Shown here: one piece after another, positions 50,331 to 63,740 of the stretch
Numbering within the stretch: the stretch's first letter is position 1
Layout of the letters: the number at the start of each line of letters is the position of its first letter
Assembly (NCBI RefSeq): GCF_006345805.1
Contig: NC_043016.1
Location: 24,118,001-24,182,000, forward strand
Direction: 5' to 3'
Length of the DNA: 64,000 nt
From: Octopus sinensis
Taxonomy: Eukaryota
Notes under the pieces: model-generated
Database searches by the model: none
Told to the model about the DNA's origin: nothing
Seen by the model: only the letters and a program-made list of their open reading frames with translations
Made by a program: the position numbers and the translations under genes

Positions 50331-50665
50331 GTTGTGCTGGTACTAGTTGTAAAATCAAGCAAAAAAAAAAAAAAGCAAGAACTTCGAAGCTAGCAACTCA
50401 TCTGCACAGTTCCTCCACCCTATCCTCTTCTGCCTCCTCCTCCTCCTCCCCATCTTCCCCTTCTCCTCCATGCCATTCTACATTGTTACCTCTATCCTCG
50501 CAGGCTGTTGTTTTAACCCGACCAGAAACACTTCACAGAATCTACATTGCAAGATCCTTCCTCTTGTACTTCACAAACAAATGCCATCGCATTTGCTACT
50601 CAACTAACTTATATCACCCAACTCTGGGGTGGTGGCGTGGCGGTGGTAGTCGTTGTGGTGGTGGT

Positions 50666-50703
50666 GGGGGTGGGGGAGGCAGGTGAGGGGGAGGAGGCGG
50701 GGG
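50666..50703 (+). other. Putative G-quadruplex motif
   Basis: G5-T-G5-N10-G5-N7-G5. Confidence 0.6.
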
Positions 50704-51733
50704 AAACATAAAGTAAAATATCAAATGTCGTAACTCCAACGAAACCTGTCACTGTTTTCTCTCCCTTCCAGGTGCTTAACTCTGTTCTATAAGTAGACAA
50801 AAACAAAACAAAAAGAAAAAGCAAAAGAAAAAATATATATATATGTGGAACCATACAATACTTAAAAAAAACTGAAATATATGTGTATGTGTGAATATTT
50901 TTGAAATTGATCTATCCGTTTCTCCTTATTTCCTCAACAAAACCAGCCATTACTTCCCACTTGTTAACCAGTATATTGTTTCTGATATTATTTTGGTAAT
51001 GTTGATATAAGCATCAAGTGATATACATGTATGTGCGTGTGTGTGTGTGTGTGTGTACATATAGACACACATGTGTAGAATTCAAATGTTGTTGAAATGG
51101 CTGTAGTGTTTACTTTGAATTCTTAGGAATTACAACTCTTTTTATTGTTTTTGTTTTGCTTTGTTTTGTTTGTGTTTTGTTTTCCTTGTTTAAATGCTAG
51201 CACAGTCTAAGTTTTTGTATAGTATGGTCTGGTCAGATGGGTAAAAGAAATTTTGTATATCTAGTTACAAGACTAGCTTCTCTGGAGAGACATAATTTAT
51301 CAATCATATAACTGTATACGGTTACTGTATTAGGAAGGTTAGCCAAACTTACCTCAGTCATTCATACTCTGGTATATATATATTTATATCTATACACATC
51401 TGCACACTCACACACGCACACCCACCCACACAAACACACACACACACACATGTGAATGTGCATGAATGAATGTGCATACATGTATGTGTGTATATGTACA
51501 CACACATGCATATGCATACACACACATATATAATATATATGCATGCCTACATATACATATATACCCATATGTATACCCACAAGAACACACTCTACACACG
51601 AGTCTGTATATGCAAGCACATAAGTATGAAGCTAGGTGGAGAAAATAGCAGTTGAATGCCAAAGGTAACAGTTTGTGATTTCTTTTCACCTTTGATAAAA
51701 ATCTTTCTCGCTGAATATTCGTGTGTGTGTACA

Positions 51734-52010
51734 TTGATTGATTGATTGATTGATTGATTCTAGTTTCAGCTTATGAGCTGTGGCCATGCTGGGGCACCGC
51801 CATTTGGTGTTGCTACTTGGTTTCACTTCATGGAGGCTTTCTAGCAACTGCTATTTGGTGCATGAGAGAGTTCGATGCAGCTGCCCTCATCTGCCCCTCC
51901 TGCCTTGAAGTTGGTTCATCCTGGGACACCTGACAGGAAGAGATCCAGCTTCATTTTAAAGACATCTGTATCCACCCCATGTAGGTCTCTCAGGTTCTTC
52001 GGGAGGATAT
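51734..52010 (-). mobile_element. CR1/L2-group LINE 3' end with (TCAA)n tail
   Basis: ILPKNLRDLHGVDTDVFKMKLDLFLSGVP followed by a UTR and TCAA repeats. Confidence 0.8.
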
Positions 52011-52329
52011 ACATATATAAATAAAATCAGTCTTCCATACATACAGGATTGTCCTTTCAGGCACATAAAAAGCAGCCAGCACATGCTGTTAAGTGGTTGG
52101 AGTTAGGAAGAGCATCCAGCTGTAGAAGCCATTCCACAACAGACAGTTCAACCCATGCCAGCATGGAGCACTGACTGTGATACAGACCACTCCCTGTTTT
52201 GCTGTAATCTCAAACTCCAACCAAAAGTGATACATTGTGCCAAGCCCCTAGGCAAGCAGGGCATCAATGCTACTGCAACCCAGCAGCCAGCTAAGATAGA
52301 TACATTCCTCTGGAAAACGCCCTCCAACC

Positions 52330-54110
52330 CTTTCAGACCCACTGGATGGTAATGTTCAGCAGAGATGGGACTCTCTCAGGGACATCATCCATGGCACTAC
52401 ACTGAGGGCTTTTGGTGGGGAGGAAGAAAATGACACAAAATTGATTTGAGGTGAGTGTGAAAGAACTAAATACCCCATGGAAGAGATGCGTGCTCCTCTG
52501 CTGAAGCACAAACACCAACCCACTAGGGCAATGCTGCAAGCATTGAGATCAGCAAGGAGTAACATGCAGAAGACAGCGAGACAGTGTGCAAATGACTACT
52601 GGTTACAACTATGTGCAGATATCCAACTGTCGTTTGACACTGGCAACATTTGTGGAATATATGAGGGTATCAAGAAAGCCATCGGTCCAACCCAAAGCAA
52701 GATAGCTCCACTCAAGTCCAGAACAGTGGAAGTTATCAAGGGCAAGAGAGAGCAGCTGGAGAGTTCAGTGGAATATTATTCTGCACTTTACGCCTAGGAA
52801 AACAACATCTTGGACAGTGCACTAGACACCGTAGAGCACCTACCTGTCATGGAGAAGCTGCGCACACTGCCAACTTGCCCACTGGAAAAGCACCAAGTTT
52901 GGATGGCGTTCCACCAGATATCATCAGATGTGCAAGAATAGTTCTATTTAGCCACTTGTTGAAGTCAGTATTAGGAGAAGGGATCAGTACAGCACAACAT
53001 GAGAAACTGCAGCATTATCACCCTATATAAGAACAAGGGGGACAAAAGCAACTACAATAACTACTGAGGCATCTCATTGTTAAGCATTGTTGGGAAGGTC
53101 TTTGCCCACATGGCTGTAAACAGGCTACGTAAAATCGCTGAGAGGGCATACCTTGAATCTCAGTGTGATTTCAGATCAAAATACTTCACCATTGACATGA
53201 TCTCTCTCCGACAGCTACAGGAAAAGTGTCAAGAGCAAAGACAACCACTTTTTATCACCTTCATTGACCAAGTCAGTAGAGATGGCCTGTTCAAAATCCT
53301 TGCCAAGACTGGCTGTCCTCTAAGACTCCTCAGGATTGTCCAATCATTTCATGCAGACATGAAAAGCATTGTTTAATTTGATGGCCCTTCTTTGAAGGCA
53401 TTCAATCTGCATAATGGCATGAAACAGGGCTGTGTGCTTGCCCCACCCTGTTTGGCATCTTCTTTGCAGTCATGCTGAAACTAATGATGTTTACCTCTAC
53501 TCCAAATCAGGCTGAAATCAAAATCCATGGTGCGCCAGGTACTTGTCAGAGAAATGCTGTTCACAGATGACGCAGCATTAACAGGGGACAAACTTTTAAA
53601 GGCTTGTCAGGAATTCAGCTTGACTATCAGTCTGAAGAAGACTCAAATAATAGGGTGTCAGGCACTCCCCACCACCATCATCACCATCAACAACTACAAG
53701 CTGGAGGTAGTCCAGGAATTCACCTACCTTGGCTCCTCCATCACTGTTGACTGCCCCCTGGACCCTGAGATCAACAGGCAAATCAGTTAAACATCCTCCA
53801 CATTTTCCAGGCTCACAAAGAGAGTCTGAGAAAACAAAAAACTGACTGCAAACATCAAGATTGCTGTCTATAAGATGTGTGTCCTTAGGATGCTACTTTA
53901 CAGCAATGAGACATGGAGTCTCTACTCCAGACAGGAGCAGCACCTCAACATCTTTCACCTTCATAATTTGAGACACATCTTGAATATCAAGTGGACTGAC
54001 CACATCAACAACACCAAAGTCCTCAAAAGAGCCAAGATACCCAGCATACTTACCCTGCTTCAGCAGCGTTGTTTGTGCTGGTTCAATCATGTAAATTGCA
54101 TGGAAATTTA
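52330..54110 (+). mobile_element. Old RTE (BovB-like) LINE ORF fragment
   Basis: ARQCANDYWLQLC, KKAIGPTQSKIAPLKS, ISLLSIVGKVFA, LQEKCQEQRQPLFITFID, LFTDDAAL, FTYLGS, LLYSNETW; many stops. Confidence 0.9.
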
Positions 54111-55147
54111 ATGCAATGAAAATACTTTAGTGCTACCATTAATTGGTTTAGTTGGAAGTTCATCTAGTTTGAAAGAATGAAATGCAAGTGTTGCTATATC
54201 TAAAATCATCTCTGCAAGCTCAAGAGGTTGGCAAAACATGTACAACTATAATAGAGACTGATTGGAGGACATTTGTATAATTATGAACATCAGGAAATTG
54301 CTGTTCTTTTGTGTTAACTTCAACACAGCAAAGAACTTTTCAACATATTTAAGAAGCTTTGATGGCATGCAAAGATCAGATTTTATAAGCCTTTATATTG
54401 TGTATACATTTAGAAGTGAAATAGATATAGGATTATATAGAGTTGATGGGCTCAGGAAAGGACATGACAAAGGAAAGGACATGACAAAGTCAACTTAAGA
54501 AAAAAAGTCAAAATATCTGCATGCTCGATCTTAAAATATCAATAAATTCTAACCTAAAACTATCTAGATATTATTACAATGAGCTTACATATTGGTAAAT
54601 ATTGCCTATTCCAGAATCCCAAAGAGACTAGTATAAATTATGGTCTGATCGTGCACCCATAATCATTTAGCATATTGTAGTAGCATCAGCATGCTTATCT
54701 TTGATCTATCTCCAGATAGATATTTAGTAAGAGAGTTCCATAATATAAAAGTACATTGAGGTGTGGCTTTACCAAAAAATAAATATAATAAATTATATAC
54801 ATATGGTTCAATTTACCATTTAATGAGTGTAGCCATATACATAGCTAGACACTGCTTGACTCTTTTAAATATCGACTTCCCCATGACTAATAAATAATAT
54901 AAAATCTTCAATGGGAACTCTGTTAAGGTAAGCTCTAGATTTTTATGATACAGAACTACAAATACTTAATCATGGCAAAGTGTTCAATAAATAGTCTACA
55001 ATGACCCCCAACACAAACATAAACACTGCCAAAATCTCTCTGAACAACAAATACATTGAGGGGCTGGTGCTCTAAAAAAAAAAAACCTAGAACATAGAAT
55101 GGTCTCACTATTCAATACCAGATATTCAGAGCGCATTTATTTTACAG

Positions 55148-55216
55148 GCGGAAAAGTCACTCTACGTTACCTGTCAAATTTCACCTGAAGGAGTGAAGAA
55201 TAGAAAAGGAAATAAT
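55148..55216 (+). CDS. Candidate 69-nt plus-strand exon (AEKSLYVTCQISPEGVKNRKGNN)
   Basis: catttattttacag| acceptor, AAT|gtaagt donor, phase 0-0, the only open frame. Confidence 0.35.
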
Positions 55217-56169
55217 GTAAGTGAGGTGACAGGTGCAATTTATGCAAGGTTGAAATCTTAAGATACTATTCAAGGAATGTGAAGACACAGGCTAGAAAGC
55301 AGAGCATTTTCCAATCAAGGTCAAATGTAGAAGATTCGTTGGACACAGATTGATGCAAATGTTATCATTAGGCCTAACTCATTATAAAACAAATACCACC
55401 ATGAGTAGTATCCAAACTACAGTGAAAATGGCAAGCCACTCTGATTTGGTTTAAAAGAGACGATGAGCAATGGCTAGAAGAATATTGAGCTAAATCTGAT
55501 AACCAGTTAATCTAGCAACTGGGGCCTCATTTCAGTGAGGGGGGGAGCTGGAGTGCAATGATACTGTCAAGAGGTAGGCCCCAAAACAGCACACATTCTC
55601 TCCTGATGATCCCATAAACTTTCTAGTATCTAGTATGTGGAGCTTTCAACTGGTAGCACTTGTTTGCAAAAAAAAAGGACTTTACTGCATGTTAAATAAG
55701 AAGGAAATTAAATAACATAAGTATAGAAAGAATATGTTCACATTCTTGTTTAAACTGCAGTGAGGTTCAATAATATTCAAATTTATTTCAGTTCAACTTC
55801 TCAAAAACTAAGAGACCTTCTCTTCATGTCCACATACATAAAAGTTAAGCTATAAGTCTTCAAATACATCCCTGCCTCAGTCTGTAGTCTGATTAACCAA
55901 TTTTCATTTCTCTCCTCTCCTTCAATCCTTCCTGTTTCCCCTTCCTCTTCCTGTCTTTTTATCAATTTTCATTTTTTTTTTTTTCTAAATTTACCATTCC
56001 CTTCTCATGAGGAAAACTCAGGCTGTACATCAGTGAGCCAGCTACACTAGGAAACACTCACTTCCTTACCGTAGTGATGGCATATATTGACATATGATAA
56101 GTAATGTTATGGTGGATATCAAGAGAGGTAACATAATACCAACTCATAGAAGTGGAAATAGTACAATGG

Positions 56170-57390
56170 GCCACAACATGCACAAGCCACTAACTGTGGA
56201 TTGTATGTGATAGTTAAATTCTTAAAGGAGGTACAGAAGACAGTTGTGAACAGGGATTGCAAATTGTAAGGTTGGATGAAGGTGTAGGGAAATTGTAAAA
56301 CTGGCAAATTGTAGGACTGGCAGACAGGATATTCACAATTTAAAACTAGAAGGGGCATGTATGTTTTATGCTTGGGTGAAGGGGTGTGCATATTCTAGGA
56401 GTGACAGACATGGCACTCCGACAATTCCACACATGACAGTTCAGCACCAACAATTAAGTGGAAAGACAATTCAAAGCATCTTTTCTATTTCAAAGTTTTC
56501 TATCTAAATGATAGCAAAATTCATTTAATAAAATGTGCTCACACCCTTTTTCTGATAAAATCTACTCCATAGGGCTCGTATTTTTATTTTTAAATTAGTA
56601 GATATTTGTAACCAACTAGAATCCTAAAGAGGAAAAAATATCCTAGGTTTGCAAAATAACAGTAATGAAATGGTATAATGGTATAGATAGAAAAAAGGCT
56701 TTTGGACCATTAACAATTGAAAATGCTACCAGTTATTCAATGGTTGTTAGTGTTAACAATCTAAAACCTTACTACTTCTTCACAGAGTTGTAAAATTTAG
56801 AAATTTTGAAAACAAAATAAATGGAATTAAATTTCATATACATATAAACATGATATGCTGAATTGTCCTTGTGCTGAATTGTCATGTATGGTATTGTTGA
56901 TGCCAAATTGTCATGTGTGGAATTGCCAGTGCTGAACTGACATGTGCAGAATTATCAGTTAATGGGCTGACATGATGTGTACACTAGAGTACTAGCATAC
57001 ATGTTATGCACATTGGAGAATTGACAAATGAGGTGTGCACATTTTTGAACTGGCAAAAATAGTTTGCACATTGTAGGACTGACAAATAGTTGTAGAACTG
57101 GCAGACAGGGTGTTCACATTTTAAAACTGGGAGAAGGGTTGTGCACATTCTTGGTCTGGCAGACAAGGTTTGCACATTGGAAGACTGGTAAAAGGTGTGT
57201 GCACATTGTATGCTTGGGGGAAAGGATGTGCACATTTTAAGACAAGGAGTAGTGTGCACATTGCAAGATTGAAAGACAATGTGGAAACATTGCAGGACTA
57301 GAAGATAGGGTGTACTCGTAATCAGAGTGGCAGATAAGGTGTGCACATTTTAGGACTGAGAGAAGGGGTGTGCACATTCTTCAACTGGCT
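56170..57390. repeat. Degenerate ~27-30-bp minisatellite (GGTGTGCACATT.TAGGACTGG.AGA.A) interrupted at ~56400-56960
   Basis: About 12 units at 57030-57385 and about 6 at 56170-56400. Confidence 0.75.
56400..56960. mobile_element. Non-autonomous element with repeated subterminal inverted motifs (foldback/MITE-like)
   Basis: 56420-56447 GACAATTCCACACATGACAGTTCAGCAC pairs with 56871-56898; further inverted units extend to 56960. Confidence 0.55.
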
Positions 57391-57929
57391 GTATAGAAGC
57401 GGGTGGTAATGTTACCTGATAGGGGACAGCATGCATAATTGATGGACTGAGATGTTAGTGTAAAGAGACTGATAGATGTCAGTGAAAGAGTGACCCAAGA
57501 GAGTGAGTGATGGCAGGCAATGCTGCAAAGTATTGATGGAAAACGTCAGATACCAACAGGTTCATTGTAACTCCATCATGAAATGGAAAAATAGGGAAGG
57601 AAGGAGTAGTGAGATATAGAAGGCAGGGACAGAGGGAAACTGAGTATGGACAGATGCATTATTTTTCTTTCATTTCGTAGGTTGTATAGCACACTGAGTA
57701 GGAGCAGTAAGTATTGACTTAGCTTATACAAATTACTGAAGGCTTGGATTATATCATATATGTATAGTCACATGGTTAACCAGACTATCAGATGTTGTTA
57801 TACATCACTGGCCACAATGCACTTTGCATCATTATAGTTTTTGCATGATGCCACTCCACTGGCTAATGTTTCCCTGATTGGAAGGCTATTCTATCGCAGG
57901 GTTGCCCATTTGCAGCTGAGTGGACATTT

Positions 57930-58145
57930 TGTTTCTTTTACTTGTTACAGCCATTAGACTGCGGCCATGCTGGGGTACCTCTTTGAATTGTTTTGACCCC
58001 AGTACTTGCTTTTTATAAGCCTGGTACTTATTCTATTGGTCTCTTTTGCCACAATGCTAAGTTACAGGGATGTAAATACACCAACACTAGTTGTCAAGTG
58101 GTAGTGGGGGGATGAACACAGACATAAAGACACACATATATGCAT

Positions 58146-58210
<65 letters not shown>

Positions 58211-58256
58211 CCCATACAAATACACACACACATTGCACGCATGCACACACATACAT

Positions 58257-58289
<33 letters not shown>

Positions 58290-58465
58290 ATATATTATAT
58301 ATATACGATGGGCTTCTTTCAGTTTCTGTCTACCAAATCCATTCACAAGGTTTTGGTCAGCCCAGGGCTATAGTAGAATACATTTGCCCAAGGCGCCACA
58401 CGGTAGGACTGAACTTGGAACCATGTGTTTGGGAAGCAAACTTCTTTTACGACACAACCACACCT
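57930..58465 (-). mobile_element. SINE family A
   Basis: Full copy with expanded centre. Confidence 0.85.
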
Positions 58466-59404
58466 GGAGGAACATGAAATGAAGTGTTTTGCTCAAGAAC
58501 ACAATGCACTGTGTAGTCAGAGAATTGAATCTGTGATCTTGCATCATGAGTGAAACACCCTAACCACTCAGCCATGCGCCTTCACATCTGTATATCATAT
58601 GTGTAATATATCCCAGCATCCATCACATGTACCCTTGTCTTCAATATATGTTTTATCGTGCTTGCACATGTATTGCAAGTCAACATGGTCATCTCCTTCA
58701 TTAGAAGCAACTTCTTAAAATCAGTCATCACTACCTTGTCCCAAGTCTTCTTCAGTCTCTTTCTTCTTCAGATATCATTCATTTTAAGTGCTCGGCACTT
58801 CTTTATACAACTGTCTTCTTCCAATCACATACACAACGCATAAACAAATGCATTCAGAGATAAAGATATGTGTAAAACAATACACACACACACACACACT
58901 CCTGCACACATTTATAGATTTATATAATGGGTAAGAATACATCAAAAGATATGTAATAGACATATTTAGTGCTCAAACAGATCACATACCCAAAATCCAA
59001 CATTAAATAATGGGAAATGGAATCCAAGTAAACAAGAGTCCGTATCAGTAAAGATAATGAAAGAAAGATAAAATGTGAACAGGTAGTTGTTATTGGCATC
59101 AAATAATTTATGAATTCCTTATACAGAAATGAGTATGAATATAATTAAGTATTAAAACAAGAAGTAAAAGATCATAGTAGTTCTTCATAGATAGATAGAC
59201 ATCCTGAAAGTTCATACTCTAGTAGCACAGATAAAAGAGAAGAGAGGATCATATTCATACAGGTGCATCATAGATAGATTAGTAGATAACTAGAGGAATC
59301 ACATTTGAATCTCACAAATAAGAGAAAGAATATAGGCATGTTATTAAATTAAATAAAGATATATACATCACTATGTATTTTGTATGCATGTATGTGTGTA
59401 CATT

Positions 59405-59446
<42 letters not shown>

Positions 59447-59659
59447 CACCCAGAGTCCATGCATCAGGAAAAACTGCACCCATATATTTCATTCCATAAC
59501 CAGCTACCTCTGATGAGTGCAGTGTTACATAATCAGATTGTTATGTAAGATCACCATAATGAATATATAATACTGTACACTTTGGATAATATATATACTA
59601 TACACATACATAGTGTGTGAGAGAGAATCGATGTGGTAGGAGAGAAATGAGTCCGCATG

Positions 59660-62040
59660 GATGATGGTTCACTTGCGCTAAATGAGGATGCAAAGAGAGA
59701 GGTTTGGAGATGCCACTATGAAAGGTTGCTAAATAAAGAAAATGAATGGGATAAAGAGAGCCTGCCAAATGTCAACCCAACAGAGGTCAGTCCAGCATCT
59801 GAGTTGATAATTCTTTGATAGTTAAGCAATTAGAAGCATGAAGACAGGGAAAGTCCCAGGCCCATCAGAATTACTGCAGAATACTCAAAATATCTGGCAG
59901 TGTCGGCTATAACCTAGTCACCTGTATAGTTAACCAGGTGATACACGAAGGAGTCATACCCAATGACTGGTGTAGCAGCATACTAGTCAACTGCTACAAA
60001 GGTAAAGGAGATGTCCTAGATACAAATAATTACAGAGGTATCAAGCTGTTGGATCAGGTAATGAAGGTTACAGAGAGGGTCATAGCCCAACTGATTAGGG
60101 AGAGAGTCAACTTGGACAAGATGCAGTTTGGTTTCATGCCAGGGAAAAGCACCACTGATGCCATATTTCTGGTGAGACAGCTGCATGAGAAATACCTAGC
60201 CAAAGATAAGCCCCTGTACCTGGCTTTCGTTGACATGGAGAAAGCCTTTGACAGGGTCCCTAGATCCCTTATCTGGTGGTCAATGAGGAAACTAGGGATA
60301 GATGAATGGCTGGTGAGGGCTGTGCAAGCCATGTACAGGGATGCTGTAAGTAAGATTAGGGTTGGCAACGTGTACACAGAAGAATTCAAAGTAGAGGTTG
60401 GGGTCCACCAGGTTTCAGTACTCAGCCCCCTCCTATTTATCATAGTCCTCCAGGCAATTACGGAGGAATTCAAGACAGGTTGCCCCTGGGAGCTCCTATA
60501 TGCTGACGTCCTTGCTCTAATTGCTGAGTCACTATCAGAACTGGAGGAGAAGTTCCAGGTGTGGAAGGAGGGTCTAGAATCGAGGGGCCTTAGAGTCAAC
60601 CTAGCAAAAACAAAGTAGTAATAAGTAGGAAGGTAGACAATCCACAAATGTCTTCAGGAAGATGGCCCTGCTCGATCTGTAGAAAAGGTGTAGGTAGAAA
60701 CTCTATAAGATGTACCCAGTGTAAGCTATGGACACATAAGAGGTGCAGCAATGTCAAAGGAAACTAACTGGGAAGATAGTTTTTGTATGTGGCAGATGCT
60801 CGGGAGCATTAACCTCTGAAAATCTGCAGAAAACAAACAACTTCTGTCACTTTCCAGGGGGAAAAACTAGAAGTAGTTGATAGCTTCCGCTATCTTGGTG
60901 ACCAAGTCAGTAGTGGGGGTGGGTGTGCTGAAAGTGTAATGGCTAGAGTAAGAATAGCCTGGGCAAAGTTTAGGGAGCTCTTACCTCTGCTGGTGACTAA
61001 AGGTCTCTTGCTCAGAGTAAAAGGCAGACTGTATGATGCATGTGTACGAACAGCCATGCTACATGGCAGTGAAACATGGGCCGTGACTGCTGAGGACATG
61101 CGTAAGCTCGCGAGAAATGAAGCCAGTATGCTCCGATGGATGTGTAATGTCAGTGTGCATGCTCGATAGAGCGTTAGTACCCTGAGAGAAATGTTGGACC
61201 TAAGGAGCATCAGTTGTGGTGTGCAAGAGAGACGATTGCGCTGGTATGGTCATGTGGCGAGAATGGATGAAGATAGGTATGTGAAAAAGTGCCAATCCCT
61301 AGCAGTGGAGGGAACCCGTGGAAGAGGTAGACCCAGGAAAACTTGGGACGAGGTGGTGAAGCACGACCTTCGAACTTTAGGTCTCACTGAGGAAATGACC
61401 AGCGACCGAGACCTTTGGAAATTTGTTGTGCGTGAAAAGACCAGGCAGGACAAGTGAGTCCAGCCCACTTATGCATGCCTTTCCTCCCTTGGACACACAA
61501 AGACCTGTTGAGGCAAGCGAAGTCGATATCGAACCTCATCCGACGACAGGCATCTATGCTTGCGAAGACCTGTTGGGGCAAGTGAAATCGGAATCGAAAT
61601 TGAACCAATCCTATGACTGGCACCCGGCAGATGCCAGGACCCCTGGACTGGAGATACGTAAAAAGCACTATCCAAATCGTGGCCGATGCCAGCGCCGCTT
61701 CGACTGGCTTCCGTGTCGGTGGCACGTAAAAAGCACCATCCGAATCATGGCCGAAGCCAGTGCCGCCTCGACTGGCTTCCGTGCAGGTGGCACGTAAAAT
61801 GCACCAATCCGACCGTGGCCGATGCCAGCCTCGCCTGGCACCAGTGCAGGTGGCACGTAAAAAGCACCCACTACACTCTCGGAGTGGTTGGCGTTAGGAA
61901 GGGCATCCAGCTGTAGAAACTTTGCCAGATAAGACCGGAGCCTGGTGCAGCCTTCTGGCTTCCCAGATCCCCGGTCGAACCGTCCAACCCATGCTAGCAT
62001 GGAGAACGGACGTTAAACAATGATGATGATGATGATGATA
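59660..62040 (+). mobile_element. 5'-truncated RTE-clade LINE with RT, embedded PHD finger, repeat-rich 3' UTR and (GAT)n tail
   Basis: ORFs 59938-60618 (NYRGIKLL, QFGFMPG, DMEKAFDRV, GVHQ.SVLSPLLF, LYAD), 60939-61169 and 61191-61457; frameshifts and stops lie between them. Confidence 0.95.
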
Positions 62041-62092
62041 CATACATACATACATATTTATACACACACACACATGCATATACATATGCATG

Positions 62093-62141
<49 letters not shown>

Positions 62142-62370
62142 TTGTGTTTGTGTGTGTGTGTGTGTGTGTATGTAGACAGACAGACAGGCAGACAGATGTG
62201 CACACGTGCATACAATTATACAGCATGTAAATATTTTAAATATTTCAGAAAGCATTTCATTACAGAAACTACAATGTTAAGCATTTTTGTCTTCTTGGAG
62301 ACAGAATTCTGCACATAACAAAACCTGATAATGCTTAACCATATATTGAGATATTGGTTGACTCTCTGTA

Positions 62371-62404
<34 letters not shown>

Positions 62405-62929
62405 GTACATGTGTGTATGTATGTGTAAACGTTTGCATGTTTGTGCGTGTAATGTGTTTGGGTGTGTATTTGAGTATATGTTACAGTATGATTATGTGAG
62501 ATCATGTGTTGCATGAAGTGCAAGCTGTGTGCAAATGTCTGTTCTCATATGACATTTCTCTCCCTCCCTCCCTCCCTCCCTCTGTCTTTCCTTCTCTTAC
62601 CCTCTCTCTTACTCTCACTCTATCCTCCCCCCCCCTCTCTCTCTCAGATAAACACTCAAATACAATTTTGCCTTACCCTAATACCTTTCATTTCTGTGTC
62701 CCTTCCCTTTCATCCCTATTCCTCCTTCACCCATCCATATCTTCCATTTCCCTCCCCACTCCATTTTTTTTTTTTGCTCACCTTTCACACATTTATGTGT
62801 GTGTGTGTGTGTGTGATAAACTATATTTTGGCCCCCTATCGTGTGTACCCCTCTTGCGAAAATATTTCTTCCACTATAAAATGTCAATAACTTGTACATA
62901 AATATGTATGTGTACATGCATATGTTTTA

Positions 62930-63254
62930 TATTTATATATGTGTGCATATCATTGCTCTCTTTCTCTCTCTCTCTCCTTCTAAACATATATACGTGTGTG
63001 TGTGTGTGTGCATGTTTGAGCATGTTTGAATGTAAGTTTGTATGTGTGTATGTGTCTATGTATGTATGTTTGTGTATGCTTGTATATATCTGTATATGTA
63101 TATATCTGTATGTGTAAATATGTTTGTATGTTTATATCTGTATGTTTGTAAATATCTGTGTATGTATATTTATGTTTGCATGTATATATCTGTATGTATA
63201 TATATATATATATATATACATACATATATATATATATAATATATATATATATTA

Positions 63255-63307
<53 letters not shown>

Positions 63308-63337
63308 TGTATATACATATACATATATTATATACAC

Positions 63338-63373
<36 letters not shown>

Positions 63374-63477
63374 TTTGTATGCATATATCTGTATCAATGT
63401 ACATATGTATACTTGTATGTATACATCTGTATCAATGTATATGTTTGTATATAAGTATACATATATTTGTATACATG

Positions 63478-63541
<64 letters not shown>

Positions 63542-63629
63542 GCACACACATATATATATACATATATATATATATATACATACATATATATATATATATG
63601 CACACACACATATATATACATATATATAC

Positions 63630-63667
<38 letters not shown>

Positions 63668-63740
63668 ATACATATATAATATATATACATATATACATAC
63701 ACACATATATATCTTGTGTGTATATGTGCAATATATAATA
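62930..63740. repeat. Long compound (TA)/(TG)/(CA) microsatellite
   Basis: Direct reading. Confidence 0.95.

Noticed and set aside
55171-55184. 14-nt minus-strand microexon GTGAAATTTGACAG joining 56070 to the long form of the 44-kb exon
   Set aside because: The resulting frame stops exactly at the next donor, and the segment lies inside a stronger plus-strand exon candidate. It is not excluded, but unsupported.
59470-59530. CTGATGA followed by GTGCAG, with CTGCAC and GAAA nearby (possible permuted hammerhead)
   Set aside because: The order of GAAA and the stem II strand fits no hammerhead topology.
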